This document shows, in pieces, positions 18,135-26,954 of a DNA stretch of 64,000 nt. Below the pieces are notes generated by a model, which was given only the letters and a program-made list of their open reading frames with translations, did no database searches and had not been told where the DNA came from. The DNA is from Saccharofermentanales bacterium. Lineage in GTDB: Bacteria; Bacillota; Clostridia; Saccharofermentanales; DTU023. The DNA lies in the NCBI GenBank assembly GCA_050945495.1, contig JBMNTA010000001.1, forward strand, positions 61,075 to 125,074. Reading direction: 5' to 3'. The stretch's first letter is position 1, and every line of letters starts with the position of its first letter. Both the position numbers and the translations under genes were made by a program.

Positions 18135-19187
18135 TTACGTGTTGGGCAACTCGGAAATCGATGATCCCATGAAGGCCTCAATGGTCGGACGGATGCCGTG
18201 CATCGTGCGTTTCACGTGATCGTAATATTGGTAAAAATCGTAGTGCCCCCACGGGTTCGCTTCGATGACACAGGGGCCCTTGTCCGTGATGGCAATGTCC
18301 CACCCGAGATGGCCGTGATCTTGTTCCTGCTCCGTGATCTCCACCATCATGTCGAGCATCTCTTGATAGAACGGTACGACAAAACGACCGTCATCGATGG
18401 GATGGCCCGTCATCGGATGAACATCGTATCGGGTGGCAAAATCGGGATCAAAGATCGAGTCGTTGACCACCGCCGGCGAAATGAATCGCCCCTCCTCATC
18501 GATGGCGACGCAAGCGGAGGACTGCCCCATCTTGATGATGTCGACATCATCGAACAGCGCAATGCGCACCGACACGGGCAGGATCATGATCTCGCCCCGA
18601 TGCTTCAAAATGGTGAGCCGAAACGACGCCACGGCATTCGGGCAGACGCGGTCGAGCGCGGGATGCTGCACGATCGGCTCCTCGAGCATGTCGTACTTCG
18701 AAGCGCGCAATTGCTCCGGCAGCGCATCCATGTGGGTGCGATCGATCGTGACGCGATCGACGTCGCGGCCGGCATAGCTTTTGGCCCGCTTGCCGTAGAA
18801 GGTCGGATGCTTGTCCGCAAACGCTTGAATCTCCCGGTCCGTCGCGTCCTCCAAGATCAGCACGTCACGGAAAAAATACGGCGCGAATCGACGATAGCCG
18901 TCGACCTTGTCGGCCAAAAACTCGGGCGCGTCGTTCGGCGGATTCAAGTTGTGCACCAGCCGCACCCAATCGGGCGCGAAGAGGTATTCTTCGCGCATCG
19001 CCGGGTCTTGGAACGCCATGAAATTGAACAACAGATAGTCGCTCAACGCCGTCTTGTACTTGAATTTGCAGTACAGGATGTCGGTGTACAGATCGAGGAA
19101 CGATCGGTCCGTCAAGATGGCCTGTTTTTTGGCGGCGCGCCAAGAGGATCGCACAAACGGGATCGCGTTTTTAATCTCCATCGACAC
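18135..19187 (-). CDS. ATP-grasp family protein, sugar-transfer-associated/TupA-like type (paralog B)
   Basis: 350 aa. Colinear with paralog A along the whole length: IPFVRSSWRA / LPFVRDCWRA; LFAPDW..LVHNLNPPNDAPEFLADKV / IFAPDW..IVHNLNPPNDTPDFLSDKV; GHLGWDIAITDKGPCVIEANPWG / GHIGWDIALAESGPCVIEANPWG. Confidence 0.65.
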   Translation of the reverse strand: MSMEIKNAIPFVRSSWRAAKKQAILTDRSFLDLYTDILYCKFKYKTALSDYLLFNFMAFQDPAMREEYLFAPDWVRLVHNLNPPNDAPEFLADKVDGYRRFAPYFFRDVLILEDATDREIQAFADKHPTFYGKRAKSYAGRDVDRVTIDRTHMDALPEQLRASKYDMLEEPIVQHPALDRVCPNAVASFRLTILKHRGEIMILPVSVRIALFDDVDIIKMGQSSACVAIDEEGRFISPAVVNDSIFDPDFATRYDVHPMTGHPIDDGRFVVPFYQEMLDMMVEITEQEQDHGHLGWDIAITDKGPCVIEANPWGHYDFYQYYDHVKRTMHGIRPTIEAFMGSSISELPNT

Positions 19188-19201
19188 GTCGTCACACGTC
19201 C

Positions 19202-19897
19202 TCAGTGCACGGGATCGACGAAGACGACACGCTCCATCACCGGCGGCGTCTCGGGGAAGTCGTTTGCGCCCGTCGGCAGCGCGGCGATGCGATCAACTTC
19301 GTCGATGCCGTGAATGACGCGACCGAAGGCGGCGTACTTGCCGTCCAGGTGCGGCGCATCCTTGTGGCAGATAAAGAATTGCGAACTCGCCGAATCGGGA
19401 TCGTTCGTACGCGCCATGGAGATGACGCCGCGTAGATGCGTGAGCTGATTGTCGACGCCGTTTGCGCGGAACTCGCCCTTGATCGTCTGGGGCGCGCCGC
19501 CCATGCCGGTGCCTTCCGGATCGCCGCCTTGGATCATGAATCCCTCAATGATGCGGTGGAAAATCAAACCGTCGTAAAAGTGTTGATCGACCAACATGCG
19601 GAAATTGTCGACGGTGATCGGCGCATTGTGGGGATCGAGGGCGATGATGATCGGGTTGCCGCTGTCCATGATGATCGCGACGGTCAAGGTCATGTCATCG
19701 GTCACAACGTATTGATCGGCGAGTACTTCGCGGTCGCCGTGGTTTGTGGTGGGTTCGGGGGTGGATGTCATGGGGGGTTCTCCTTCTTCGCTAAAATGGG
19801 GGATGTCTTCTTGGGGGGCGCATGCACACGTCAGTGCGATCGCCGCGACGCACAAGATGAGCAGGATTCGGATCCGGGTTCGATGGGATGGCATCAT
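19202..19897 (-). CDS. Secreted or lipid-anchored cyclophilin-type peptidyl-prolyl isomerase
   Basis: 231 aa. N-terminal hydrophobic signal ending ...IALTCAC. Cyclophilin core FHRIIEGFMIQGGDP...GGAP...ISMARTNDPDSASSQFFI. Confidence 0.88.
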   Translation of the reverse strand: MMPSHRTRIRILLILCVAAIALTCACAPQEDIPHFSEEGEPPMTSTPEPTTNHGDREVLADQYVVTDDMTLTVAIIMDSGNPIIIALDPHNAPITVDNFRMLVDQHFYDGLIFHRIIEGFMIQGGDPEGTGMGGAPQTIKGEFRANGVDNQLTHLRGVISMARTNDPDSASSQFFICHKDAPHLDGKYAAFGRVIHGIDEVDRIAALPTGANDFPETPPVMERVVFVDPVH

Positions 19898-19905
19898 GGT
19901 TCTCC

Positions 19906-20535
19906 TTACTTCATTGATTCTTGTTCATCCGTGAAGGGCTCGATCAGCTCCGCCACGGCATATCGCAACACGATAAATTCGCCGGCATGTGCGTCGACTT
20001 CGACGTCATGGGCCACGTCATAGGCTCGAAGCACGTTGACGTCGGTGCGGCCGGGACGATCGACGATCTTGCAAAACGGCAAAAGATCTTTCGGATGATC
20101 CAGGCCTTTCACGGTGTACCGACCGGGCACAACGTCGACGCCGACCCAGAACGTTCCGTGTTCATAGGGCGGTTCAAGCGTCGGCATCGCTTCTTTGTCC
20201 GCTTCCGACCACAGGCGCGCGTCATTGAATTTCAACAACTCACCGTCCTCGACGTCGACCCAGTTGCGCGTCGAGAACGAGCGTCCCATGATCAGGTTTT
20301 CGCCGGCACCGATCGGTTCCGACAAGTGAAACAAGCCCTTGCCGTCGGTCGCTTCCAAACAGTATCGACCGGGCGGCAAAACGTCTTTCAGGTCCATGGT
20401 CTCCGCGCCGTCGAGGATGCGGTACGTTTGATCAAACGCCATCGGCGTCGGGTGATAAATGCACCCGACCGTCCAGGGCAAAAGGAGCATCACCATCCAG
20501 GCAATGGCCGTCATGCGTTTGCAAAAATCGGACAT
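19906..20535 (-). CDS. Hypothetical lipoprotein
   Basis: 209 aa. Signal sequence MTAIAWMVMLLLPWTVGC. Two internal PGRY-containing segments (LPPGRYCLEA, VVPGRYTVKG). No family recognised. Confidence 0.65.
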   Translation of the reverse strand: MSDFCKRMTAIAWMVMLLLPWTVGCIYHPTPMAFDQTYRILDGAETMDLKDVLPPGRYCLEATDGKGLFHLSEPIGAGENLIMGRSFSTRNWVDVEDGELLKFNDARLWSEADKEAMPTLEPPYEHGTFWVGVDVVPGRYTVKGLDHPKDLLPFCKIVDRPGRTDVNVLRAYDVAHDVEVDAHAGEFIVLRYAVAELIEPFTDEQESMK

Positions 20536-20591
20536 GGCGTCCCTCCGTTCACGCGCATCGGCGCGCCTTCCATATTACCAAAGACCGGCCG

Positions 20592-21308
20592 CTAACGGTA
20601 TGTGTCGCCGAAAACCTTGCGATCGGCCCATCGGATGAGCGGGATCGACAGCGGAATGGCCGCCAATCCATAGAGCCATCCGCCGGGAATGTCCAAGAAA
20701 ACGTGCTGTTTCGTCAAGACCGTGGTGGCCATGATGAAGAGGTAATGAAGCGTCAACAAAACCTTAAGCCACGTCTTGCCGTCCTTCCACTGCCAGACGA
20801 AGAAAATGGTGATGGTACAGAGGGTGACATGAATCGACGGAAAACCGCAGTAATGGTTGTCCGTCCGGTACACCCACGCCAACAGCTTCGAAAAGATATC
20901 GTCGGCGCCGAATACGGTCGCGTAAGGACGTGGAATTTTGGTCTGAAAGAACGGAAACGTGAGATCCGCCATGAGCTGGCCGACCAGCATAGTTATGACG
21001 TAACGACGACATAAAATCCTGTCAACAAAAAAATACGTGATCGCCAAGATAATGAGGATCGGCCCCCACGTGTTGTACGGGATGACCGTCCACGGCACGA
21101 GCGGGATCTTGTCGTCCAGGGGGATCGAGAGGTCGTGCACGGTGCCGATCGGGCGATTTAAGAGCTCCATCACCCACATGCTCGCGGCAAATCCCACGAT
21201 CATCACGACGTCACGCCAAAAATAGCGTACATAAGCCCAAAGCGCCGCGCGATCTTTTCGACTCGACGGTGGGGCGGGTTTCACCGCATGGACGGCGGGA
21301 TCGGCCAT
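20592..21308 (-). CDS. PAP2-superfamily membrane phosphatase/transferase-like protein
   Basis: 238 aa from ATG 21308 (MADPAVHAV...), 1 nt after the upstream stop. Multi-TM. FPSIH and a KQHVFLD block resemble the PAP2 C2/C3 motifs. Confidence 0.65.
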   Translation of the reverse strand: MADPAVHAVKPAPPSSRKDRAALWAYVRYFWRDVVMIVGFAASMWVMELLNRPIGTVHDLSIPLDDKIPLVPWTVIPYNTWGPILIILAITYFFVDRILCRRYVITMLVGQLMADLTFPFFQTKIPRPYATVFGADDIFSKLLAWVYRTDNHYCGFPSIHVTLCTITIFFVWQWKDGKTWLKVLLTLHYLFIMATTVLTKQHVFLDIPGGWLYGLAAIPLSIPLIRWADRKVFGDTYR

Positions 21309-21309
21309 C

Positions 21310-22107
21310 TTACGCGTTCCCTTCCCCGGCGCGTTGCTCGGCCTCACGATCGGCCACGCGATTGAGCACGCGCCCAAAACCGTACTGAATCAAGATGAGG
21401 ACTTCGTATCCCAGAAGCATGATGATGTAATAGAGCCCCGGCCACATCGACAACACGACTTCGTGAAGGCTCGGCGGCGGCAACGTCACGTAGCCGTAAT
21501 TGTAGAGCGCCCCTCGGTACGGAATGAACGAACCGTTCCCCCATGCATTGATGCCGATGAGGAAGACGTTATAGACCAGCGTGACGACCAGCGTCTTCAC
21601 CAAATTCTTGCGATCGAATCGATAATCCAAGACGAAAATGGTGTAAATGATGACCCAGCCGAGTAAAATGTGCACGATGAAAAACTGGAAATTCGTGTAG
21701 TGCGGAAAATCGAATCGATACAAATCCATGAAACCCATCGCAAACACCGAACCCAAAAGGCCCCAGTAAATCCAGATTGATCGCAGGGCTTTCACGCCGA
21801 ACAGGAGGTCAAGGATTAAGAACGGCACCGAGATGCGGCAGTGATAGAGGGGCAAGCTGACAGGCAGATTAAAATACCCCGATCCGAATTGCCAGGCGTA
21901 CAAAACAATCTGGTCCAACAAAAGGATGGCGGCCATGATCCGCGCCGGCCGTTCGGGATGGGCGCGCGCCTTCCATCGCTCGCGGTTCGCGACGATGGTG
22001 AACATGCCACCCAGCCAAAGCGTGAGCAAGGCAATGCGCAGCCACGGGGAAATGACGACCGGTTCGGGGCGTTCGACACCACTGAAAAAAGACAATAAAA
22101 AAATCAA
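21310..22107 (-). CDS. Polytopic membrane protein (TIGR02206/YwaF-like)
   Basis: Start uncertain. I favour TTG 22107 (IFLLSFFSGV...) with a GAGGAAA RBS; the tracked start is GTG 22164. About 7 TM segments. The family call comes from the overall hydrophobic pattern only. Confidence 0.55.
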   Translation of the reverse strand: MIFLLSFFSGVERPEPVVISPWLRIALLTLWLGGMFTIVANRERWKARAHPERPARIMAAILLLDQIVLYAWQFGSGYFNLPVSLPLYHCRISVPFLILDLLFGVKALRSIWIYWGLLGSVFAMGFMDLYRFDFPHYTNFQFFIVHILLGWVIIYTIFVLDYRFDRKNLVKTLVVTLVYNVFLIGINAWGNGSFIPYRGALYNYGYVTLPPPSLHEVVLSMWPGLYYIIMLLGYEVLILIQYGFGRVLNRVADREAEQRAGEGNA

Positions 22108-22173
22108 TGTTTTCCTCGCAGAACGACTCGAGCGATCGAGCGTACTTCTGACAGTATACGCCACCCGCCGCGG

Positions 22174-23673
22174 TTATTCATCCCCGTCGACCCGACTAAA
22201 CGACCGTGTGACGGCTCGGCGCCATCCCGCGTATCGGGCGCGACGTTGCGACGCGGACATGGCGGGCGTAAACACGCGATCGACTTGCCATGTCGCGCGG
22301 AGGGCGTCGATATCTTCCCACACCCCCACGGCAAGGCCGGCCAGGAATGCGGCGCCCAACGCGGTGGTCTCGACCGACGCCGGACGTGACACCGGCACAT
22401 CGGCGATGTCGGCTTGAAATTGCATCAGGAAATCGTTGTTGGCCGCGCCACCGTCGGCTTTGAGGGACGTCACATCGATCGACGCATCCTTTTCCATGGC
22501 GTCCAACACATCGAGGGTCTGGTAGGCGATCGATTCGAGGGCGGCACGTACGATGTGTTCGCGGTTAACCCCCCGCGTCAAGCCCACGATGACGCCGCGA
22601 GCGTACGGATCCCAATACGGTGCGCCCAACCCCGTAAACGCCGGCACGACGTAGCAACCGCAGGTGTCGTCGACCGCCGCGGCCATCGCCTCCGAGGCTT
22701 CGGCCGACGGAATCAGACGCAATTCGTCTCGAAGCCATTGCACGACGGCACCCGCCACGAAGACGGAGCCTTCCAGCGCATACGTCACCCGGCCGCCGAG
22801 GTCCCACGCCACGGTCGTCACGAGGCCGTGCTCGCTTTTCACCGGCACGTCGCCCGTGTTCATCAATAGGAAGCAGCCCGTCCCGTACGTGTTCTTGACA
22901 TCGCCGGGATCGTAACAGGCTTCGCCGAACAGCGCCGCCTGCTGATCGCCGGCGGCGCCCGCAATGACGATGGGCTCACCGAAGAAGGCCGGATCGGTCG
23001 TGCCGAATCGGCCGCTCGACGGTCGCACCTCCGGGAGCATCGCGCGCGGGATGTCGAGGATGCGCAGCAAATCGTCGTCCCATGTCATCGTATGGAGATT
23101 GAAGAGCATCGTGCGCGAAGCATTCGAGACGTCGGTCGCGTGTACGGCGCCGCCCGTCAATTTCCAGACGAGCCACGTCTCGACCGTGCCGAACAGGAGG
23201 TCGCCGCGTTCGGCGCGCGCACGGGCGCCGTCGACGTGGTCCAAAAGCCACGCGATTTTGGTTCCGCTGAAGTAGGCGTCGACGACCAATCCCGTCTTGT
23301 CGCGGATCGTCTCGGCCAGCCCCCGAGCCTTCAGGCGGTCGCACATCTCGGCCGTGCGGCGGCACTGCCAGACGATGGCGTTGTGAATCGGCCGACCGGT
23401 TATCTTGTCCCATACGATCGTGGTCTCGCGTTGGTTCGTGATCCCGATCGCTCGGATGTCGGACGCTTTGGCGCCGGCCTTTTGCATCGCCTCGACCGCC
23501 ACGCCGAGCATGGTCGACCAGATGTCGTTGGCGTCGTGCTCCACCCAGCCGGGTTTCGGATAGATTTGCCTTAACGGGCGCTGCGCGACGGCGCGAATCG
23601 TCCCCGTGTGATCAAACATGATGGCACGGTTGCTGGTCGTTCCGGCGTCGAGCGCCATGACAAAGGTTGGCAT
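22174..23673 (-). CDS. glpK: Glycerol kinase
   Basis: 499 aa. [34 protein letters not shown] and [12 protein letters not shown] are FGGY kinase/GlpK hallmarks. Confidence 0.95.
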   Translation of the reverse strand: MPTFVMALDAGTTSNRAIMFDHTGTIRAVAQRPLRQIYPKPGWVEHDANDIWSTMLGVAVEAMQKAGAKASDIRAIGITNQRETTIVWDKITGRPIHNAIVWQCRRTAEMCDRLKARGLAETIRDKTGLVVDAYFSGTKIAWLLDHVDGARARAERGDLLFGTVETWLVWKLTGGAVHATDVSNASRTMLFNLHTMTWDDDLLRILDIPRAMLPEVRPSSGRFGTTDPAFFGEPIVIAGAAGDQQAALFGEACYDPGDVKNTYGTGCFLLMNTGDVPVKSEHGLVTTVAWDLGGRVTYALEGSVFVAGAVVQWLRDELRLIPSAEASEAMAAAVDDTCGCYVVPAFTGLGAPYWDPYARGVIVGLTRGVNREHIVRAALESIAYQTLDVLDAMEKDASIDVTSLKADGGAANNDFLMQFQADIADVPVSRPASVETTALGAAFLAGLAVGVWEDIDALRATWQVDRVFTPAMSASQRRARYAGWRRAVTRSFSRVDGDE

Positions 23674-23684
23674 CGCTCGCTCCT

Positions 23685-24032
23685 TTAATCGATGTCGCGC
23701 GTGGCGATCACATGGGCGGGGTGCCCCAGCACATGTTCAAGGATGACGTCGCCCCGATGCACGGGCGCCGCGACGGTCACCTCATCCAGCGCGGCCATGA
23801 CGGCCATGACGTCCGCCTTCGGGATCGGACGATCGGTCTTGACGGGACAGCGTCGATGACGGCCGCCCGTGACACGCACGGTCGATGTCACCGTCCGCGT
23901 CGGGTTCGAGGCCTCGCTCTTGCCGTAGGCCGCCCCGCGCAGGCAGCGATTGCCCGTCACGTCGTAATCATGCTCCGGATCGACCGTCAAGTGACAGCCT
24001 TGCGGACACACGGTGCAAATCATCTCAATCAT
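23685..24032 (-). CDS. DUF1667 domain protein (small Cys-rich subunit of the anaerobic glycerol-3-P dehydrogenase-like cluster)
   Basis: 115 aa from ATG 24032 ([17 protein letters not shown]...). GGGAGG lies 7 nt upstream. Overlaps the upstream stop by 8 nt. Confidence 0.75.
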   Translation of the reverse strand: MIEMICTVCPQGCHLTVDPEHDYDVTGNRCLRGAAYGKSEASNPTRTVTSTVRVTGGRHRRCPVKTDRPIPKADVMAVMAALDEVTVAAPVHRGDVILEHVLGHPAHVIATRDID

Positions 24033-25323
24033 GGCGTTCCTCCCGAACTTCAACCACGCGCACGGTCAGGCGATCCGTCGTCACCGCGGCCAACCGCTCG
24101 CGCGGCAAGGCGATGTGCTCCATCTCCCCCGGCGCCATGTAGGGGCGCCGGAAGGTCGCGATGACGTCGTCTCCGTCCGCCACCTCAATGTGCATGGAGC
24201 GCTTGTGCGGGGCGCGCACGCGAAAGTACACACGCGTCGTCTCGTCGAGATCGTCGAGATCGATCCGTTGGGGCACGGTATACGCGATCGAGGGATCGGG
24301 GGTAAACGTCACCACGCGTTTCGGCCGATTGCGGTTGATGCGATGCAAGACATGGCGCGCGGCGGCACATCCGGCGTATTCGCTCTCCACCGTGACGTCG
24401 TCCACGAGATCGTGGACGTGCAGCACGTTGCCGCACGCAAAGACGCCCGCCAGCGATGTCTCGTTGTGCTGGTCGACCGCGGCGCCCGACGTCTTGGGAT
24501 CGATTTCAATGCCGACCGAACGCGTCAATTCGTTTTCGGGGATCAAGCCGACCGACAGCAACACGGTGTCGACGTCATAATAAATTTCCGTCCCCGGGAT
24601 CGGTCGACGCTCCGGATCGACCTTTTGGACGGTCACGCGTTCGACCCGCCGTTTTCCCTCGATGTTCGTGATCGTGTGGGACAGCAACAGCGGGATGTCA
24701 AAGTCATCGAGGCATTGCGCGATGTTCCGCGCCAGCCCGCCGGAATACGGCAACAATTCGACGCATGCGACCACCTCGGCGCCTTCCAACGTCATGCGCC
24801 GCGCCATGATGAGTCCGATGTCGCCCGACCCCAAAATGATGACGCGACGTCCCACCATGTACCCCTCGATGTTGACGTATCGCTGCGCCGTGCCGGCCGT
24901 CAGAATGCCGGCGGCACGGGTTCCGGGAATTTGAATCGCCCCGCGCGTCCGTTCGCGACATCCCATGGCCAGGATCAGGGCATCCGCTTCGATGACGGAC
25001 AGGCCGCAAGCTTCGCTCATGACGGTGATGCGCGCTCCCGTGCCTTCGGGTTCGATCGCGAGCGCCATCGTGTCCAGGGCAACCTCGATCGGGGACGCCG
25101 AGACGTCGTCGATCAAGCGCTGCGCGTATTCGGGACCCGTCATTTCCCGTTTGAAATAGTGGAGACCGAAGCCGTGATGGACGCACTGATTGAGGATGCC
25201 TCCCAATTCGCGGTCGCGCTCGATGATCAGGATCTCCGACAGGCCGGCACGATGCGCGGCCAAGGCGGCCGACATCCCCGCGGGACCGCCCCCCAACACC
25301 GCGAGCTGCACATGTTTACGCAT
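24025..25323 (-). CDS. NAD(P)/FAD-dependent pyridine nucleotide-disulfide-type oxidoreductase
   Basis: 432 aa from ATG 25323 (MRKHVQLAVLGGGPAGMSAA). Second dinucleotide fold VIILGSGDIGLIMA. Overlaps the upstream stop by 8 nt. Confidence 0.8.
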   Translation of the reverse strand: MRKHVQLAVLGGGPAGMSAALAAHRAGLSEILIIERDRELGGILNQCVHHGFGLHYFKREMTGPEYAQRLIDDVSASPIEVALDTMALAIEPEGTGARITVMSEACGLSVIEADALILAMGCRERTRGAIQIPGTRAAGILTAGTAQRYVNIEGYMVGRRVIILGSGDIGLIMARRMTLEGAEVVACVELLPYSGGLARNIAQCLDDFDIPLLLSHTITNIEGKRRVERVTVQKVDPERRPIPGTEIYYDVDTVLLSVGLIPENELTRSVGIEIDPKTSGAAVDQHNETSLAGVFACGNVLHVHDLVDDVTVESEYAGCAAARHVLHRINRNRPKRVVTFTPDPSIAYTVPQRIDLDDLDETTRVYFRVRAPHKRSMHIEVADGDDVIATFRRPYMAPGEMEHIALPRERLAAVTTDRLTVRVVEVREERHD

Positions 25324-26770
25324 GGCGCATCCCCCCTTTCGTCTCCGCAATGAGCACCCGGCTCCCGACGCCGTCCTGACAGATCGACACGGGCGACACG
25401 CCGCGTTCGCGCGCCAAGATCTCCATCACCCGCGGCCCGCAAAAGCCCCCCTGGCAGCGGCCCATGCCCGTGCCGCAGCGACGCTTGACGCCGTCGATCG
25501 AGACGGGCGGAATCTCCCGTGCCATGGCCGCCAGGATCTCCCCTTCCGTGATCGTCTCGCATCGACAGATCACGCGGCCGTACGACGGGTATTCGCGCAC
25601 AAAGGACACGCGCTCCTCCTCCGACAAATCCTTGAAACGCACCACCGTGCGTCCGTCGAGAAACGATGCTTTCGGCGTCATGACCAGGCCGTCCGCTTCG
25701 AGCAACGCTTTCGCGTGGCGCGCCATCGCGGGCGCACAGGTGAGGCCCGGCGACCGAATCGCCGCGATGTCGAGAAAATTCGGCGCGGCGAATTTGACGT
25801 AAAAATCGGGATACGAACTGTTGGCTCGGATGCCCGCAAAATTGCGAATGCTCCTGCCCAACGGCAACGCGGGGATCGTACGTCGCGCCGCTTCGGCGAC
25901 GTACGCCAGTCCTTCGCGCGTCACGGCCGTGTCGGTGCGATCGGCGATCACGTCCGCGTTCGGACCGACCAAGAAATTGTCGTGAATCGTCGGCGATACG
26001 GTGACCCCCTTGCCCTTCGCGGACGGGCACTGAAAAATGACATGACGGACGAGCGGTCCGATCGACCGATCGAGCAAGTAATATTCCCCGCGCGTCGGAT
26101 GAATTTCGAAGGCGGGCTCGGCGACCATGTTGTGGATGTGATCGCTCTCGACGCCGGCCGCATTGACCACATACCGCGCCGAGATCACGCGCCGCTCCCC
26201 GTTCGGGGTCGACACCGTAAGGTCGTAGCGATCGCCCACACGCTCGATGTCGTCCACGTTTTCGTTCAAACGAAGCTCCACGCCGTTGCGAACGGCGACT
26301 TCCGCCATCGCCAGCGTGAGTTCCCACGGATTGATGACGCCCGATTCCGGAACGTACAGCGCACCGACGACCGCCTCGGACAGATGCGGCTCCATCGCAC
26401 GCACCTCCTCGCCCGTGAGAATTTGCATGGGCGAACATCCGTTGGCGACGCCGCGCGCGTAGAGTTCGTCCAGCATCGGTCGATCGCTTTCGTCGAGCGC
26501 AATGACCAGCGAACCGGTCTTTCGAACCTCGACGTCCAGTTTTTCACAGAGCTCAAAGCAGCGACGTGCGCCTTCGACGTTCAGCCGACCCATCAGCGTC
26601 GACGGCTTCGGATCGTACCCGCCGTGCACAATCGCCGTGTTGGCGCGTGACGCCCCCATGGCGACGTCATTTTCACGTTCAATGACGGCGACCTTGAGTC
26701 GATAAGCGGAAAGCGTGTAGGCCAGCGCGCTTCCGATGACGCCGGCCCCGACAATCGCGAGATCATACAT
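25316..26770 (-). CDS. FAD-dependent glycerol-3-phosphate dehydrogenase/oxidase-like protein with C-terminal BFD-like [2Fe-2S] domain
   Basis: 484 aa. MYDLAIVGAGVIGSALAY is the FAD fold. C-terminal ICRCETITEGEI...RRCGTGMGRCQGGFC. Confidence 0.85.
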   Translation of the reverse strand: MYDLAIVGAGVIGSALAYTLSAYRLKVAVIERENDVAMGASRANTAIVHGGYDPKPSTLMGRLNVEGARRCFELCEKLDVEVRKTGSLVIALDESDRPMLDELYARGVANGCSPMQILTGEEVRAMEPHLSEAVVGALYVPESGVINPWELTLAMAEVAVRNGVELRLNENVDDIERVGDRYDLTVSTPNGERRVISARYVVNAAGVESDHIHNMVAEPAFEIHPTRGEYYLLDRSIGPLVRHVIFQCPSAKGKGVTVSPTIHDNFLVGPNADVIADRTDTAVTREGLAYVAEAARRTIPALPLGRSIRNFAGIRANSSYPDFYVKFAAPNFLDIAAIRSPGLTCAPAMARHAKALLEADGLVMTPKASFLDGRTVVRFKDLSEEERVSFVREYPSYGRVICRCETITEGEILAAMAREIPPVSIDGVKRRCGTGMGRCQGGFCGPRVMEILARERGVSPVSICQDGVGSRVLIAETKGGMRHA

Positions 26771-26954
26771 GGGGCAAGTCCCCCTTTCTTACCCATTATC
26801 GGTTGTCCCTCTTTATTGTTCAAGGCCGCCCGAACATGGCATGCTGTGATACCATAAAACAAGAAGCAAATCCGTCGTGAACGCACGTTTTGATCTCACT
26901 TTTGCGCTCACATCCGCCACATCGAAGCGGCCACCCGACCAAGGAGGATACGTC

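Noticed and set aside
24013-26650. Two long plus-strand ORFs (446 aa and 486 aa)
   Set aside because: Antisense to the glycerol-operon oxidoreductase genes, which have clear FAD/NAD folds. These are shadow ORFs.
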